A DNA stretch of 63,325 bases, counting the filler, from Rhabdomonas costata (taxonomy: Eukaryota): NCBI GenBank assembly GCA_019059605.1. It is 46 parts of 46 records of this genome, joined end to end, with 100 filler letters (N's around TTAATTAATTAA, not from the genome) between each part and the next. Parts side by side here need not be neighbours in the genome. Positions count along the whole stretch, not along the records: positions 23,455 to 24,733 come from JAHMHO010020886.1; positions 24,834 to 26,112 come from JAHMHO010020887.1; positions 26,213 to 27,491 come from JAHMHO010020888.1; positions 27,592 to 28,870 come from JAHMHO010020889.1; positions 28,971 to 30,249 come from JAHMHO010020890.1; positions 30,350 to 31,627 come from JAHMHO010020891.1; positions 31,728 to 33,009 come from JAHMHO010020892.1; positions 33,110 to 34,387 come from JAHMHO010020893.1; 38 more parts are not named here. One strand, written 5' to 3'. A model generated the notes under the pieces. The model made no database searches. It was given only the letters and a program-made list of their open reading frames with translations, and was not told where the DNA came from. Positions 24,181 through 35,915 of the stretch are shown piece by piece. Made by a program: the position numbers and the translations under genes. The stretch's first letter is position 1. Each line of letters begins with the position of its first letter.

Positions 24181-25486
24181 CTAAGAGAAAAGGCAACGGT
24201 ACATGTGTGTGTAAGTGCTGAGGATGTGTCGGGACCAAAGATGTCACAATGGAATCAGATGGAGCTACAGTGACATTCCACGATCGCCGGGGCACACAGA
24301 GTTTTTAGTCGATGTCGGCGGCATAAAATTAGGGGAAAATATTTTTGCTGAGCTCCACAGCACATAAAAGTTTGCATAAGTTTATCCTGCGGGCTGGTCC
24401 AGAACCAAGTATATCCTGCGGCCAATCCAAAGTGAACATATTGGACACATGCATTGCTAACCTAACCTTTTGTAAAGTTTGTATTGAAATCCGCCTGCAT
24501 TGCGGCTGACCGCAGAATAAACAACAAATTCCATTGCAGTTTGGAACAATGGGCTCCGCAAAACGTGCCAAAATTGATTCCGATTTTGTTCAGAAGTGCC
24601 TCTCTAGCACTGTATAAAAACCACAACCCAACTAATTCGCTCCACGTTTCATCGTCTTATTGTCATAGCAAACAAGGTCGGATGGAAAAGAACGTCGCAC
24701 CTGATTCGCAAATTACCTTGTAACAACAACCACNNNNNNNNNNNNNNNNNNNNNNNNNNNNNNNNNNNNNNNNNNNNTTAATTAATTAANNNNNNNNNNN
24801 NNNNNNNNNNNNNNNNNNNNNNNNNNNNNNNNNGGTTTGTGGAAACGCTCCTTCTTCAAAACAAGCCATCCTCAGAATGTCCCAACATACGTCTCTGTTG
24901 GTTTCCTTTTGAAAGAGGCAAAGAATGTCAGCCGCACGCTACCCAACACTCCCAAGCCGAATGTATTTATAATACTTTAGAATTTGTTTGTTGATATTTA
25001 AAATATCCTAAATAGGATATACTTGATTTTGGGTTTAATTGGTGCCAAAACGTTGCCATCATGTTGATGTGAAAAGGAGGGAAGGAATGAGGGAATATAC
25101 TAAGACAGATCTGCACAAGACAGAGAGAAAAGGCAAACAACAGCGTGATCCAGCCGGTACTCCTTTTAAGTTCGTGGTTTTTGTGTGGCATGTGGGTTGT
25201 ACCTGCAGCTCATCCGTAAGGGAGAGCATGAAAGTCTGGCTTCAAACATCCCGATAGACTAAAAAAATGCTTTCCTTTCAACTCTCAACGATTCCCCATT
25301 CAGCAGGAGTTTGGAGAAGGTTGTCCAAGCTGAATGGCTATCACTGGCGCTCCATACAACGCATTGCATGTTTGCACAGTTGTGCTTTTGTTGGGTCAAT
25401 TGTAAGCTTGCGCTTGACCGTGTCACTGTCTCGCGTTTGAGTGTAACCACAGAAATGGTTAGAAAACGAAGAAAATGAAGAGAGAC

Positions 25487-26079
25487 CTGCAAAGAAGCAA
25501 TCTTCACCATGAGCTCCAAAAGACGCTGGAAAGCAACGCGGACACCGCGAATCTGCTCCCCACCTTTTGTCAACGTGTTCAGACGACATGGCCACTTGTA
25601 AAGCCCACTCACAACCTGTCTGGAACTCCATCAGTCTGAACACCGGCAACCGAACACCGGCGACGTTGTCGTTGCGGATTTGAGCCTTAACTGCGGCGTT
25701 TTTCACACTCTCTACGACAGCCATTCTGTGAAATTAGAGTGCCGTTTTTCAAGTGGGCTCCAATCCATGACGACGGTCAAGCACGGGCCGATGAAAAACC
25801 ATACGAGATGTTGTCTCCCGCAGTAAATTTAGCTTCCGCAATCGAGAACAGCGCCTTCTTCATTTCACCCATCATTTCCTCCTTTGTCTGCAAAGACATT
25901 CAAGTTTCAGATGCTGGTAACAAAATAACGACAAAAACCAACCAAACAGTGCACGGCAAACCGTCTTCAGCTCCTTTAACAGCTTTCGAAAACGTATGAT
26001 GAGGGCGTCTGCCTTTTTCTTCAGCAAGCTGTGGCCTTTCTGCGCTCCTTTAAGTCGATTCTTGAATGCCTGCAGGGTC
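25487..26079 (-). CDS. VMA8: V-type H+-ATPase subunit D (partial, multi-exon)
   Basis: Exons 26079-25962 (RLKGAQKGHSLLKKKADAL), 25887-25805 (FSIAEAKFTAGD), 25725-~25613 (DNVAGVRLPVF) and ~25572-25487 (GGEQ...LMVKIASLQ). Confidence 0.95.
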
Positions 26080-26838
26080 CTGAGAAATGTAAGAACAAAA
26101 TGACAACACAAANNNNNNNNNNNNNNNNNNNNNNNNNNNNNNNNNNNNNNNNNNNNTTAATTAATTAANNNNNNNNNNNNNNNNNNNNNNNNNNNNNNNN
26201 NNNNNNNNNNNNACGCTAGCGGGTATTTAAATGAGTGAGTCGTGAGTCGCTGCTGGTGCAGTTCACAGACGATTCCAGTCATACGCCCACATCGGGGCAC
26301 GGGCACCTACATCTATTGTATGATCCTCTCCTTCTATCCTTGCAGTTCCGTAACCTCTTCATCAGCCACCCCGGTCTTCTCCTGTTTTCTTCAGCAATTC
26401 CTGCAACGGCAAATTGTGTTTCCCTCCTCATGTCTGCCGTGTAGTGTAGCGTTACCCCGTTCCGTATGCTTTCTATGTCCCTGTGCTCAACTCTCCTATG
26501 TTTTGTGCCCCGCGCGCTGAGGGTGGTTACTTTCTGAAGAGTATCCTAAATCATAAATTCGTAGAGTTATTTTCTGAGAATACCTGAGCATATGAGAGGA
26601 CATGTTTTGGTTGGGAATAGGAGTTCAAACATAAATGGTTTTAGTTTACTTACAAGCTTACTGTGAAAGACGCGTTTGACGTCCGCAGAGATTTTATTCA
26701 GCGTCTTTTTACTCCTGTTGCGAAAAATGGCGTTCAAAAGGGCAGTGCTCCCTTTCAGGGACTTCGGTGGTCAATTGCCTTGAGCGAGTGTCCAATGTCT
26801 TCTCCGCTGTTGGTGTGTGGTTCGGGGCGATTTTTTAG

Positions 26839-27158
26839 GAGACGACGAAGACCGAAGGCAGGCTCAGCAGCGGCTCGACGCGTGGCGGCAACAGCGGCAG
26901 CAGGGTCATGTCCATGCCGCACCCACAAAACCCGCCTTCGCTCCAGAGGCGAGCCATCACTGCGATGCTCACTGTGACGGTCATGGCCACGGGCACGGCC
27001 ACGGGCATGGACATGGACACCCTCACGGCCCAGCGCCCCAGGATGACGACGTGGACGAGTTTGAGGACGAGGCTGGGCTGGTGCCCAGCCGCCGGAAGTG
27101 GAGCCTGGACGACGAGCAGGACTCCGAGGATGACATTCAGATCCCCGTGTTTGCCCAG
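26839..27158 (+). CDS. Exon resembling DDX46/Prp5 DEAD-box helicase N-terminus, with a His-rich insert
   Basis: RRQAQQRLDAWRQQRQQ...RKWSLDDEQDSEDD resembles DDX46 RKERVEKWREEQ...KKWSLEDDDDD; AG/GT-bounded 320-nt exon. Confidence 0.5.
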
Positions 27159-28151
27159 GTGTTTCTCTTGTCCACCCCCGCGGCCCTGGCGCATATTGCC
27201 TCCTTTTTGCAACCTAATAGAGATCTGAGCCTCAATAGATTTTGAAGTCGAACACCCACGAATCACCCTTGTCAAGCCATTTCCCTTGGCATTTTTTTTC
27301 GCTTGCAACTCATACAGCGCTAACGCTGAGACGTTGCGTGACAGGGCATTGCAGGCAAGCAGCCCTTCCACTTGTATCTTTTGTGGGCACCACCGGCAAC
27401 TATGTTCGACTCAATCTCACACGTAGTTTTCATCTTTTCCAACCCTCCCATGTTTCGTTTTGGCTCATTGTGGGGTGGCCAGCGTCCAAAANNNNNNNNN
27501 NNNNNNNNNNNNNNNNNNNNNNNNNNNNNNNNNNNTTAATTAATTAANNNNNNNNNNNNNNNNNNNNNNNNNNNNNNNNNNNNNNNNNNNNGGTTGTTGT
27601 GCATACCGAGAGGGTCATATTGAACTAGAGGGAATGCAACGCAAACTCGGACAGCGGCACACAGCAGAATTTGCTCTGAAACGTCCATGGTGTCTTCTTT
27701 GATAGAAATGCTGCACACCCCATCACGGAAAACACCCAAGGACCAAAACGCAGCTTAAGTTTGGATAGGGCTCATCCATAAGTTCAGTGCCACATGAAAG
27801 GTACGCGCCCTCATGGGATCATCATCTCGTAATGTCGGTATTTTGGGTCTCTGAGTGCTGATCGGTTGCCGTTTGCTATTGCTGAGAGGGGAGCGATCGA
27901 GAAGGTAGGGAGCCGGGGGGGGGGGCACACTAATGTCATATTATCCGGCATTCAGGGAGCACCTTCTCAGCCTGGACCTTGGACGTTGTGGCGACTCAGC
28001 TTCCCTTCCTTTTTCCTTCCTTGAGTACAAATCACACGTACCCATGTTCCCACCTGTCTTGAAAGACGATTTAGGTCCATGTCGCACAAATCACGCTTGC
28101 GACTTAATAAAAACCATATACACAAAGACCCATTCCAAAAGTTCTATAAAC

Positions 28152-28318
28152 CTGTGAGCTGCTGGCCAACTCATCGCCAGAGGAGAACGTGGGCAAACCC
28201 TGAGCCCGATTCATATTGTTGATCGTATCCAGCATCGTGGGGTCGTCACAGCGCAGCACCACCGAGTCCAGGTCCACCGTGTTTCCGGTCAGCATCCGCA
28301 TAACCTCCAGACCAGTGC
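28152..28318 (-). CDS. Putative exon, unknown protein
   Basis: AG/GT-bounded frame GTGLEVMRMLTGNTVDLDSVVLRCDDPTMLDTINNMNRAQGLPTFSSGDELASSSQ. Confidence 0.45.
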
Positions 28319-29031
28319 CTACGAAACATTTGAGCTACGGCACCGTATTGCGAGGAAGGGGGGGGGGCGACAGGAAGTACGCAGTGGAGGGCTCTGTCTG
28401 CTTGGCGGCACCCCATCCCCTTATCCGTTTTGTGTGCTGGCGGTGTGTAGATCTGCACCGTGCTGACCATTGAAGAACATTCCGTCCCTCCCCCCATATC
28501 AAAATCCCTCGAAATGCTTTCGTGATTGACGCAGGCTCGCGACAAAGGCTTTTGCAGAGATGTGAGAAGACGACGCAGATGCGGGGCGTGTGTGTGTGTG
28601 ATAGTGCAATGGTTGGATAGAGGGCGGGGGCTATATGGTTAGGGTTGGAAAGCGCTTCGGATGGTATGTCAACTACACAGGCCGCCAAAACGGCTAAACC
28701 TGAGCGACCGTTGACGGGAAGGGAGACTTGTTCTAACCCCCACTCCCCACCCCGCGCCTAAGTGCAGCCACCCTTATTCAACTTTCATCCTGCTTCAGTC
28801 AAACCGCCCGCATCAAGCTGGCGGCTTAAGACAGGTATGCTTTCAACTCACTGGAAGTGCACCACCAACANNNNNNNNNNNNNNNNNNNNNNNNNNNNNN
28901 NNNNNNNNNNNNNNTTAATTAATTAANNNNNNNNNNNNNNNNNNNNNNNNNNNNNNNNNNNNNNNNNNNNGTGGTTGTTGTATATTTTTTTATCTTTCAT
29001 TCTGTTTAATCAATTAAAAAATTATAAATCA

Positions 29032-29379
29032 ATGACTACTATATTGAACCATAAAGAAATACATGCGAATTGGTTAAACAGAATGAAAGATAAAAAAATA
29101 TACAACGAAAACCCGAACGTAATGAAAAATACAAAGATATATGATAAATGGAATAAGTTTATAAATAAACATAAAAAACATTTTCCAGATAATGAATATA
29201 TACCTGTATGTAATTACTATATAGATACTGAAGGTTATTGTTCTCAAGAATATGGAAATATAGATGAAATATATGAACTAACATATGTCATATTAAAAAA
29301 TATTATCTATAATTTATTTGGTAAATATGACGATGAAAATAAAATTAATGACAATATAATAAAACTTTGTCGACAATAA
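29032..29379 (+). CDS. Hypothetical protein of probable giant-virus (NCLDV) origin, 115 aa
   Basis: Intronless ORF on a very AT-rich contig; K/N/I/Y-rich. VMKNTKIYDKWNKFINKHKKHF resembles the MKxxxIYxKWxxFIxxYKxYF repeat I recall from giant-virus helicase-associated proteins. Confidence 0.55.
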   Translation: MTTILNHKEIHANWLNRMKDKKIYNENPNVMKNTKIYDKWNKFINKHKKHFPDNEYIPVCNYYIDTEGYCSQEYGNIDEIYELTYVILKNIIYNLFGKYDDENKINDNIIKLCRQ

Positions 29380-29408
29380 ATAAAATAATATATATTATTT
29401 TATTTATT
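29375..29408. terminator. 34-nt perfect AT palindrome between convergent stop codons (Mimiviridae-type polyadenylation hairpin)
   Basis: AATAAATAAAATAATATATATTATTTTATTTATT is self-complementary and contains the + stop (29377-29379) and the - stop (29406-29404). Confidence 0.6.
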
Positions 29409-31890
29409 TAAAATATGCTTCATATTCGTTTATAAATCCAGTCCATATAACATCTTAAAAATTTATTTTAAACAATAAAGTAATACAAATAACGTTAATA
29501 ATACCAATTAATTATAAGCAAGCAGAAATATATAAAAGAATTATTTATTTAATATAACATATTTTCTATTTATTGTAATTAATAACGATATCATTCACAG
29601 GACTTGTACCAATAAATACACCAACACATAAGATAATTATTGCTTGTAATCTTTTTTTAGTGGAATTATAGAAAAAGGATATAGTAAAAAAGAAGAACCA
29701 CAGATAATAAATGAATATATAAATTTTTTTGATTGTGTTATAAGTGGTGGTTGGATGTTTCATTATGAATATTCATCACAAAAGATCATAGATACTTCCA
29801 TTATTTTAATTGTTGAAAATAAATTAAATAAATTAAATAACGAAACTTTTCGGATTTCTTGGGATTTGAAAAATGATAATGTTACAATATTGAATTATAA
29901 CGATGATGTGTTTGTGAAAAAAATCGATTTAACGTAACTATATATGTAATTGAATATGTCATTGAAAGTGTTATTTTCAATGATAAGGTTTATTTTAAAT
30001 ATATTTACAGAATATGCTCAAATATATAATCAGAAACGTAATCAGAAGCATGAGTAAAGATAATTATACTCAAAACATAATTAGATACATAAGTAAAGAC
30101 CGGAAATGAGCATGGCCTTTGGCCATGCGAACCATAAACATATCTAGATACTTTAGTATGGTTAATTTTGAACATATTTACAAAATATACTCAAAAACAT
30201 AATCAGAAATATAATAAGAAACATGAGTAAAGATAACTATACTCAAATCNNNNNNNNNNNNNNNNNNNNNNNNNNNNNNNNNNNNNNNNNNNNTTAATTA
30301 ATTAANNNNNNNNNNNNNNNNNNNNNNNNNNNNNNNNNNNNNNNNNNNNACGAAAACACAATTTATTGGGGTTTGTGGCATCGTGGACTGCCCCGTGGTT
30401 CTACTTCTAACTGTGTAATTAGGGCCAGGAATGGCCTTGAAAAATACAAAGTAAAATGCAACAAAAACGTGTAACCATAAAAATGGTGCACAGCGTACCA
30501 CATAGCACGAAGGCAAACAACAGCACATCCAAGCATCCAAAGCGAGCATCTTTAATATTAAAATTTCAGGTTCGGTCCCACCATACCACAGTAGTCCAGA
30601 ATCCTTTGCCCCAATGGGCTCATTCTGTATATATGGCAACTTGTGCCGACTGGCTTGTTGCGGTTCTTATTCCTGTTGCATTTTGCTTCTTGGAGGCCGC
30701 ATGGAATGGCTTTATACAATTGGCAACGCCATGGAGGATTTTATCCCAATCTATTGTTTAGTATTGGACCGGGCAGCTGTACGCATCCCTCGGTTTTAGT
30801 TTCCGGGTATCCGGGCTGAGCATCAATCCAGGTATCCGGTTACCAAGCCAATTCGTGAAAGTGTGTTCTTTGTACGCTATGAGTAAACCAGTCTTTTTCT
30901 ACGACAGTGTTCATCCACATTTTTGAACACGTTATGAAGATTACAAGGGTTGTCGTTGCTGACAGTAGAATTAAACGGACACACACACCGTTTCATACAC
31001 CAAAAATGATCAATCATCAATCAAAAACATTATCACAATCTTTACGGCCATAGACATTAGACCTACTTTTCTTTGGGAGGAGGCGTGGTAAAAACGCGCT
31101 GTCGTTGTATGGCAACGGTATCACTGGAAAGTTCTACGAGTTTTGAACACAGCCAATTATCACACAGTAACTTGCAGACTTTGAGCTGCTACTCTGCTTG
31201 TGATGCATTTGCCAGTGATGTCATGTTTATTAGAAACTAATGATCAATATATGGAGGAACGCCGGAGTGGATGGAGGAAAAGTAATCATGTTCTTAAGTG
31301 GCTGTAATTTGCGTGTGTTGCAGATTCACGAATTTATACGTTTCACTAATTCATCGGAATATTTACTTTGCACTGAGGATGTCATGTCAGCGTTGTGCCA
31401 AACACGCTCTGGCACTTTTTCTTGCGATATGGTCACGTTTGGCACGTTGAAAACACCAGAGCAACAGGTGACTGAAGATGGGATGTTCCGTTTTGGAGTT
31501 TATTCCTATCGAATTGAACAGTAACAGTGTATCATCAAATGAGTAGCTGAATGACTGATCACTGTAATATTGAAATGTATTGCGTTTTCGTCCCCCGCTT
31601 AATTGTCTCGTTGAACCACCAACAACCNNNNNNNNNNNNNNNNNNNNNNNNNNNNNNNNNNNNNNNNNNNNTTAATTAATTAANNNNNNNNNNNNNNNNN
31701 NNNNNNNNNNNNNNNNNNNNNNNNNNNGTTTTTGGGGGATTTCCGGAGGGTCGATTTTTTCACCCTGAAAACCCCATTTTCGACCCTTTGCAAGGACCAC
31801 TATGTGTCTGGCAAAATAGGAGAGGGTGCGCTGATCCCGAGCGAGCACACACACACGGGCCCATCTGCTGGAGTTGGTGGTTTCGTGCAG

Positions 31891-32881
31891 GCTTGCCTGG
31901 AAGGTCGCCCCCTGCCTGGCCTGCGGTAACACCCTGGTGCTGAAGTCCTCGGAGAAGACCCCGCTCTCCGCACTGCTGTTTGCGAAGCTCTGTCACGAGG
32001 TGTGTGTGTGTGTGTGTGGTGGTGGCGTTTGGAGTTTGCATCAGTTCAAAATTTGATGCTATGACACTGTAATCTAAGTGCACACTTGTGCGCAGCATTG
32101 CTCTCCAGAAGGACATTGCATTTTTTATGGATCGGCAGGGCGCATTTTTCGTACCCCTCCGGTTATTTACGGATATTTTGGTCGTACCCCGGGTAATTTG
32201 GTATTTTTACGGAAGTGATGCGCTGTAGTTGATTTTTTTCTTTTATTGGATTTGGTTCTGCACAGGCTTGGTCGTTTTAAAACTGCCTGGTTTTAGAACG
32301 AGTTTTAGAACTCCGTTTTCTTGTTTTCGTTTTTAAACGTTCTTTTTCCTATCCTGGTTTTCTTTTATCGTGTAGATTGGGCTTCCGAACGGAGTCTTCA
32401 ACCTGGTCTCTGGGTTCGGTCCCACCGTCGGGGCCCCGCTGGCGTCCCACAAGGATGTGCTGAAGATTGCCTTCACCGGGTTGCGAATCTTATCTTTCGT
32501 GAACTCAGCTCGATAAGTGTTTGCGTTGTTCTTTAGTGGAGTTTTCTTCCTCTCGTTTTCCTGCTTTTTTTCGGCGCGTCCCAAGGTGCAATAAGAAACG
32601 TCGAAGCCGAAGCAGTCGCGCTTTTTTTTTCCGGTTTTAAAGAAGCCGAGTGTGGACCACTTGTTGTTCTTTTGGTTTGCCGCAAACTCCACTTCTATTT
32701 TTTATTTGTGTGCAGTTCGGGGCCTACCGGCCGAACCATCATGAAGCTCGCGGCGGAGTCGAACCTCAAGAGAGTGACTCTGGAGCTCGGGGGCAAGTCT
32801 CCCAACATTATCTTCGACGACGCTGATCTCGACGTAGCCGTGGCTGGGGCGGCTGTTGGAATCTTCTTCAACCACGGCCAG
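31891..32881 (+). CDS. Aldehyde dehydrogenase, ALDH1/2-like (3 exons, partial)
   Basis: Exons 31891-31999 ([27 protein letters not shown]), 32376-32479 ([14 protein letters not shown]...KIAFTG) and 32716-32881 ([25 protein letters not shown]...FFNHGQ); all phases compatible. Confidence 0.96.
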
Positions 32882-34487
32882 GTGCGGACGCGGGCGCCTG
32901 TCCGTTTTCTCTCTCCGAGCTGGTGAGGTCGTGACCCCTCGCGACTTGCTTACAGTGCAGCCGGGATTGCTAACATACACTCAAACAAACATTAACATCA
33001 ACCAAAACANNNNNNNNNNNNNNNNNNNNNNNNNNNNNNNNNNNNNNNNNNNNTTAATTAATTAANNNNNNNNNNNNNNNNNNNNNNNNNNNNNNNNNNN
33101 NNNNNNNNNGATCGACCTCACCAACCCCGGCGTCAGGGTTGGCAGAGAGACAGAGAAAGAGAGCGGGGGAGGCCAGCTACTCAACGACAACCGACGCAAA
33201 CCACCGATGACAGTCTCGAGAGAAGGAGAAAGCGCTAAAAGACAAGCCCGCAACAGCTCGGTTCGCCACTTTTTCAATCGGGCCGTGCAAAACGGCGTAA
33301 ACTGCCCCTCAAAAAATCATGGAGGGAAACAAGAACAAAGTCAGGACAGGATGGAGAGAGCAGCATGGGCTCCGACCTGCCCAGCTCACACAGGAGCGGC
33401 AGAGCTGCCGTCACAGGGAAGCTCTGTCCCTCACTCAAATCCAGTGAACGCATTTGGTGGTGCCTCCACCATGGGAAAACTGAACTCCCGCCCTTTCTCT
33501 CTGTGTACGCCCTGGGATGTGTACAATGTCTGTTACGGGAAGGCGCCTGCGCGCGCGAACGTACGTTTGTGATAAGTCACTGCAAAAGATAGAGGTGGCC
33601 TCTCACCCCACAGAACAAACCGCTGGGAGGGTGAGCAGCCACACAGACACACAGAGGGAGGAGAGTGTCGGGGGACAGGAGACAGACTACTGCAGCCCAA
33701 CATGGAGAGCAAATTGCCAGCGGTCTGCTGGGGAACAAAGCGCTGCCAACACAGGAGAAGGGTCAACGCGCGAGGCGTGTGTCTGACGGGAAGGGACCCG
33801 CCAGAGACCAGCGCCAGAGAGCGGCAAGCAAACGGTCCCTGTGGGAATGCCTCCGAAAGTGTAGGGCTTGCGTGTGTATGAATGTTTGTAAGGACGGAAA
33901 GGGTGTAAAATACTCTACGGGGTGGGGTGGGGTGACTCCAAACGAATGAAAAGAACAGAGAACCAAAATTCACTTGTAGTAAACTCGGTACCCAAGGAGA
34001 AGGGGGATGGGGGAAGGGGAGGGCGCCAAAGGAGGGTCCGGATCGAGACGGAAACTCCGTCACCAGGACCGCAGGATCAGAGGGGGCGAGTCAAGCGCAC
34101 CGTAAGCAGTGAGGTCCGCCTGAGAGAAAGAGGAAGGGCTTTCCTCCCCTTCCACCCACGTATACCATGTGGTCGACTTCGCTGCCAGAGGCGTCATGTC
34201 CAGACCCCAGGGGCAGCAAGAGCCACACACATAATCCACACAAACGCGCAGACGCAGTTCCTCCCACACCCGCTCTCCTGCACTCAACTGGCAAAAGGAA
34301 TAAATGGAAAAAAAAGAAGTTCAAAAACAAAGCCACAAAGAACACGCGAAAAGAAAGGGACACCAAAAACCAAACACACCCAACACANNNNNNNNNNNNN
34401 NNNNNNNNNNNNNNNNNNNNNNNNNNNNNNNTTAATTAATTAANNNNNNNNNNNNNNNNNNNNNNNNNNNNNNNNNNNNNNNNNNNN

Positions 34488-34550
34488 TTGTTTTTGTTTT
34501 TGTTTTTGTTTTTGTTTTTGTTTTTGTTTTTGTTTTTGTTTTTGTTTTTG
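34488..34550. repeat. (TTTTTG)n microsatellite
   Basis: About 10 perfect copies at a contig start. Confidence 0.9.
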
Positions 34551-35063
34551 TTATTTGGATCGGAAATAGAGACCGCCTTGCCCATTTCTTTTACCATTAA
34601 TTCGTTTTCAACCCTAAGCTTGTAGTACGACGACCCAAAGCGAGCTTTCAAAAGAAGAAAAACGTAGTCCCCCTGATTAAAGAAAAACTCAAAATTGGTT
34701 TCTGCAATCCGTCACATAAACCTGCATCGGCCTGTTGTGCACTTCCGACTGGGGTTCAGAAGGTTGCTTGGGGAACGCAGGCTAAGTGTATGCTGCCGCT
34801 AATTGTGAATGATGCGGACACCAACCCGTTATGGAGCGTAGTTTTACATGCCTCTTTATTTCTTCTGTAGACTTCGCGCTGTACCCAATCCTATTCTCAC
34901 TCGCTTTACCACCTATCCAGCGGGGATCTTTTTTCTGCACTCCTTGCAATGGTCGATGCATGCAATGGGGTGATATTGGGCTACGGTTTTGGTCTTTCGG
35001 GACTGGACCCCTTTCTCAGGGGGAGAGGCATTGAGGGAGCGAGAGAGGGCTGTGCTGCTCTAG

Positions 35064-35214
35064 GTGGAGAAGCTGGAGATGGACGACGAGATTCTGGCGA
35101 AGATCCACGCTGAGATCACGAAGAAGGGCATCGAGGTGGCAGAGCGGCAGATCCGCCAGACCAAGCTCGCCGACGAGGAGCAGCAGAGCGTGATGCGCCT
35201 GCTGCCCCTGATCG
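35064..35214 (+). CDS. Putative exon, helical/coiled-coil protein
   Basis: Strongly GC3-biased frame VEKLEMDDEILAKIHAEITKKGIEVAERQIRQTKLADEEQQS after CTCTAG; 3' boundary uncertain. Confidence 0.5.
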
Positions 35215-35915
35215 GCCCGCTCACTAACTGGTTTCTCTCTCTCTCTCTGATTGTATACTCTGCTCAACCGTCACCTCCTCTGCTCGCGTCGCCCGTCGCC
35301 TGGTAGGACGGAGCGCGGATCCTGTAGGTGCAGGCAACTGTAACGATGGCTGTGGCTCAACCGCGGCTAGGAGGATGAAAAACGGGGTGGTAGTGGCCCC
35401 AGGCAGGGAACGACCTCCACATCCGCAATTGCCACCGCGCGCTGAGAAAAGGTAATTGCGAGGTGCAATGGAAGTTGGTGGGATGTGTGTGTGTGTGGAA
35501 ATGGTAGGTAACCGTTACCAGTGGTTACAAAGTTTTCGTTGGCAGCACAGAAAGTCGCTATCAGCTCCAGGTCGCGTCCCCTCCCAGGCCGTGCTGCAGC
35601 TGAAACTAATGCTAATCTAAAATAATGCTGTCCCACTCGTCCGGCCATATTCCAGCCATTGGCTAGTCCTCAGCCAGCATTAGTTTTCAGCTGTTAAGGA
35701 GAGCAGTCATCCGGGGGGCACTGGAAATGCATTCGTAAGGCTAAATCATACCCAATGGTTGCGGGCTNNNNNNNNNNNNNNNNNNNNNNNNNNNNNNNNN
35801 NNNNNNNNNNNTTAATTAATTAANNNNNNNNNNNNNNNNNNNNNNNNNNNNNNNNNNNNNNNNNNNNTTGTTTTTGTTTCACTACAGCTGTTTTCTGCTC
35901 GTTTTTCTCTTCCAG

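Noticed and set aside
25296-25337. LEKVV on the + strand inside a small hairpin, as an inverted V-ATPase D exon
   Set aside because: Only five residues, lacks the upstream RRVNA motif; likely chance.
26529-26537. ACTTTCTGA resembling the start of the Euglena spliced leader
   Set aside because: Match stops after 9 nt; no SL 3' end, donor or Sm site follows.
30350-31627. Intronless ORFs (30350-30639 minus, 31240-31524 plus) as genes
   Set aside because: No recognisable motif, splice signals or codon bias; left unannotated.
34436-34651. NKNKNK repeat protein ORF
   Set aside because: Translation of the (TTTTTG)n microsatellite running into the linker.
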